Of a stretch of DNA of 64,000 nt, positions 61,801-64,000 are shown piece after piece. Made by a program: the position numbers and the translations under genes. Under the pieces are notes generated by a model. It worked only from the letters and a program-made list of their open reading frames with translations. It had not been told where the DNA came from and did no database searches. This DNA is from Haliotis cracherodii. Its lineage: Eukaryota. The stretch covers positions 11,966,001 to 12,030,000 of the forward strand of contig NW_027266264.1 in assembly GCF_022045235.1 (NCBI RefSeq). Direction: 5' to 3'. The first letter of the stretch is position 1, and each line of letters opens with the position of its first letter.

Positions 61801-63767
61801 GTTTACAAGGTAATACCAGCTTGTAAGCTGTATATATATATATACCCTGAGCTAAACAACACACATGCTGGGCGAGATAGCTGGTTTATAATCAAGATTT
61901 CAGGTTTATAATCAATTTACAAGTCACTCTATACTGACCTGTGATTGACCAGGCTAAAAATATGTCAAGAGGTGACTGAAATCCTATAAAACCGAAAAAC
62001 AGGAAACACAGAGAATCCACTGGTGATTATAATTCAGGGGTGTGTGTACCTATTTAAACAAATCATCACACTTGCCAGAGAATGTTTACAAGAAAAAAGT
62101 TGTGTGGCATGTGATATGCTGATGATATAGCTCAACATGGCTAATAGCAAGTATTTATTGATCTGTTCCCTGACTCACTCCCCTCTCTCTGACCAAACAC
62201 TCCTCCCAAAACATAATTTATTATCATGCGTCAGATGACCACACCAGTTGAGGGAATGTGGCAGATATGGGCATACATTTTTAGGTTGCATTAAAGTGAC
62301 ACTGGATGGTTCGAGCTTATTTTTGTATGACACAGCCAGTATACATTGGTAGAGTTACAATAAAGTGTTTACTTGATAGAATAAATAGCCTAAATATGCA
62401 CAACAGAGGTCATTTAGGCATATTTATTGTATCTAAACTAATTAATCTTTATTTAACACACTTAAACCAACTTACACATATTTGCCAAAGTCTTTTAAAT
62501 TAACATGCATTTATTGATAAAAACAAGTAAGTATTATCAATAAGAGTATGTATTATTTTCAAATTTGGAAAAAAAAAATGTTTTCAAGTAATATATATTT
62601 TTGAAAACTAACTAAACAAGTATAAATATATATGTTTTAGTGCAAAATACTACAGTAGTATACTGGATACTATAGCCTAACGTACATTCAAGCATGTTGA
62701 TATGTACACTGAAGTGTTGAGCTAAGTATAGATGATCATTAGCTGATATGTTGAACAATTATTATTTTGGTAGCGTTTGGTAGCAACACAAACAAAATAA
62801 TACCATCAGTGTTGCTGTCATGTCCTTAAAAATCAAACCAAATCACTTCGTATTCTAAACTCACTCAAAAGGACACCAGTAAAGTAAAGATTGAAAAATA
62901 ATCACCATAATAGTCCCTGAGAAGTTAATTCATGAGGCCTCTTCCACATTAATCCTCAGTGAGTGCCTCCTTGTCTGTTACACCAAGTAAACCACTCAAA
63001 CATCTCTATGTCATGTTTTCATAACACATCATATCCTCTAATGACATAAATCAACAAGTTTTTATCAGGTCCGTTTTTAATGGCAGGAAGTCTAAGGTCC
63101 TCTCCACTCGGCCAACGCTATTTTTTCATCTCTTTGTTATTAATTCATAATTCATACTTCATCTGTACTTGAAAGGGTAAAGGGTTTTCGAGTGCTCTTG
63201 TGCAGCAAAATATCAAAATCATTCAGTGCTGGCACCCACTATAGAATTCTTTCATAATAGGGTTCACAGCAATCGTACCATGGGAAAATTACCATGTAAT
63301 GTCTGAAGGAAAATTGTTGGCACAAAAACTGATGTGTGCTTTGTGAACCATGGCAAATGTTAAATACCAACACTGTATTTTGAGATGTTATAGGCCTGTC
63401 ATCAAAGTGAGTAGGTCGCAGAGATGAAGAGTCAAATGATGTAGGTAACAAGGTACATGTGTCAACATTCACATCACAACAACCATGGTCACTTCAAAAC
63501 TTTGTTCTACTTCCATCACAGTTGACTTGGCAGGTAGGCTGCCCCTTTACACCAAGTTTTCACCACCTACTGGATTCTACAGGATGGTAATTGTCTTTAA
63601 AGTTTATATTTGACTAACTGTGTTTTGTACACTTTATGAATAAAGTGTAAAAAACATGTTTTGACTAATGAATTTAATCTCACTGCTGTATCAAAATCAG
63701 AAAAACTCAAAACTTACACAAAAGATGAAATTTCCAAAAGTAAATCATAAAGCATCATAGTGATGTA

Positions 63768-64000
63768 CCGTAATTGACGTAATAAGCGCCCCGCTCTGAT
63801 AAGCGCCCACGACGATATTTGCTTATATTTTGGCTAGTGAACAATCCCAGTTAGCACCCCTTCCGATTGATCAATGTACAAAAGACTTATTTATTCACGT
63901 ATAATATGCACTTGTGTGTTATATATGCACCTTTAATTATGGTCAATTATATTCTGAAAAAATATGTCTGTCGTATATAAACATTTCAGGCTGTCAGCAT
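63768..64000. mobile_element. Tc1/mariner-type MITE, same family as 25514-25842, truncated by the window end
   Basis: TA|CCGTAATTGACGTAATAAGCGCC; shares TTAGCACCCCTTCCGATTGATCAA and CAGGCTGTCAGCAT with the reverse complement of 25610-25842. Confidence 0.85.

Noticed and set aside
37000-63700. Numerous 60-158 aa ORFs and poly-A Hb-like autoregulatory sites
   Set aside because: No recognisable domains or consistent exon chains; A-runs are expected in AT-rich DNA

Overview
Eukaryotic (metazoan) genomic DNA, AT-rich and intron-rich. The SINE/MITE content and the hunchback architecture suggest a mollusc, probably a gastropod such as abalone (inference, not proven). Three protein-coding genes were reconstructed by hand from splice sites and homology. 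(1) A divergent 14-3-3 gene on the minus strand: 3 exons at 7562->3915; no further exon was found, so the rest probably lies left of the window. (2) A complete 8-exon MRTO4 (Mrt4, 60S biogenesis) gene on the plus strand, 8140-23083, 278 aa, head-to-head with 14-3-3 across ~580 bp. (3) A hunchback orthologue on the minus strand, coding exons 36183->31175, with nine C2H2 fingers, a probable ~4.7 kb 3'UTR, and a ~27 kb upstream region with no recognisable transposon. The first 36.6 kb is crowded with at least four SINE-like families (many with clear TSDs, several nested), MITEs, decayed DIRS-like remnants, long palindromes, 30-bp and 64-bp minisatellites and a 485-bp tandem duplication. Most notable: the inferred hb 3'UTR has two perfect let-7 8-mers plus miR-125/lin-4 and miR-100 seed sites and a Pumilio element, a candidate heterochronic-type circuit in a lophotrochozoan. 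Also notable are a SINE family without a full tRNA head whose 5' end can fold into a double pseudoknot (ribozyme candidate), a strand-biased dispersed 14-mer, and a dense TGACCA motif cluster at a putative distal hb promoter. Most other ORFs in the supplied track are spurious.
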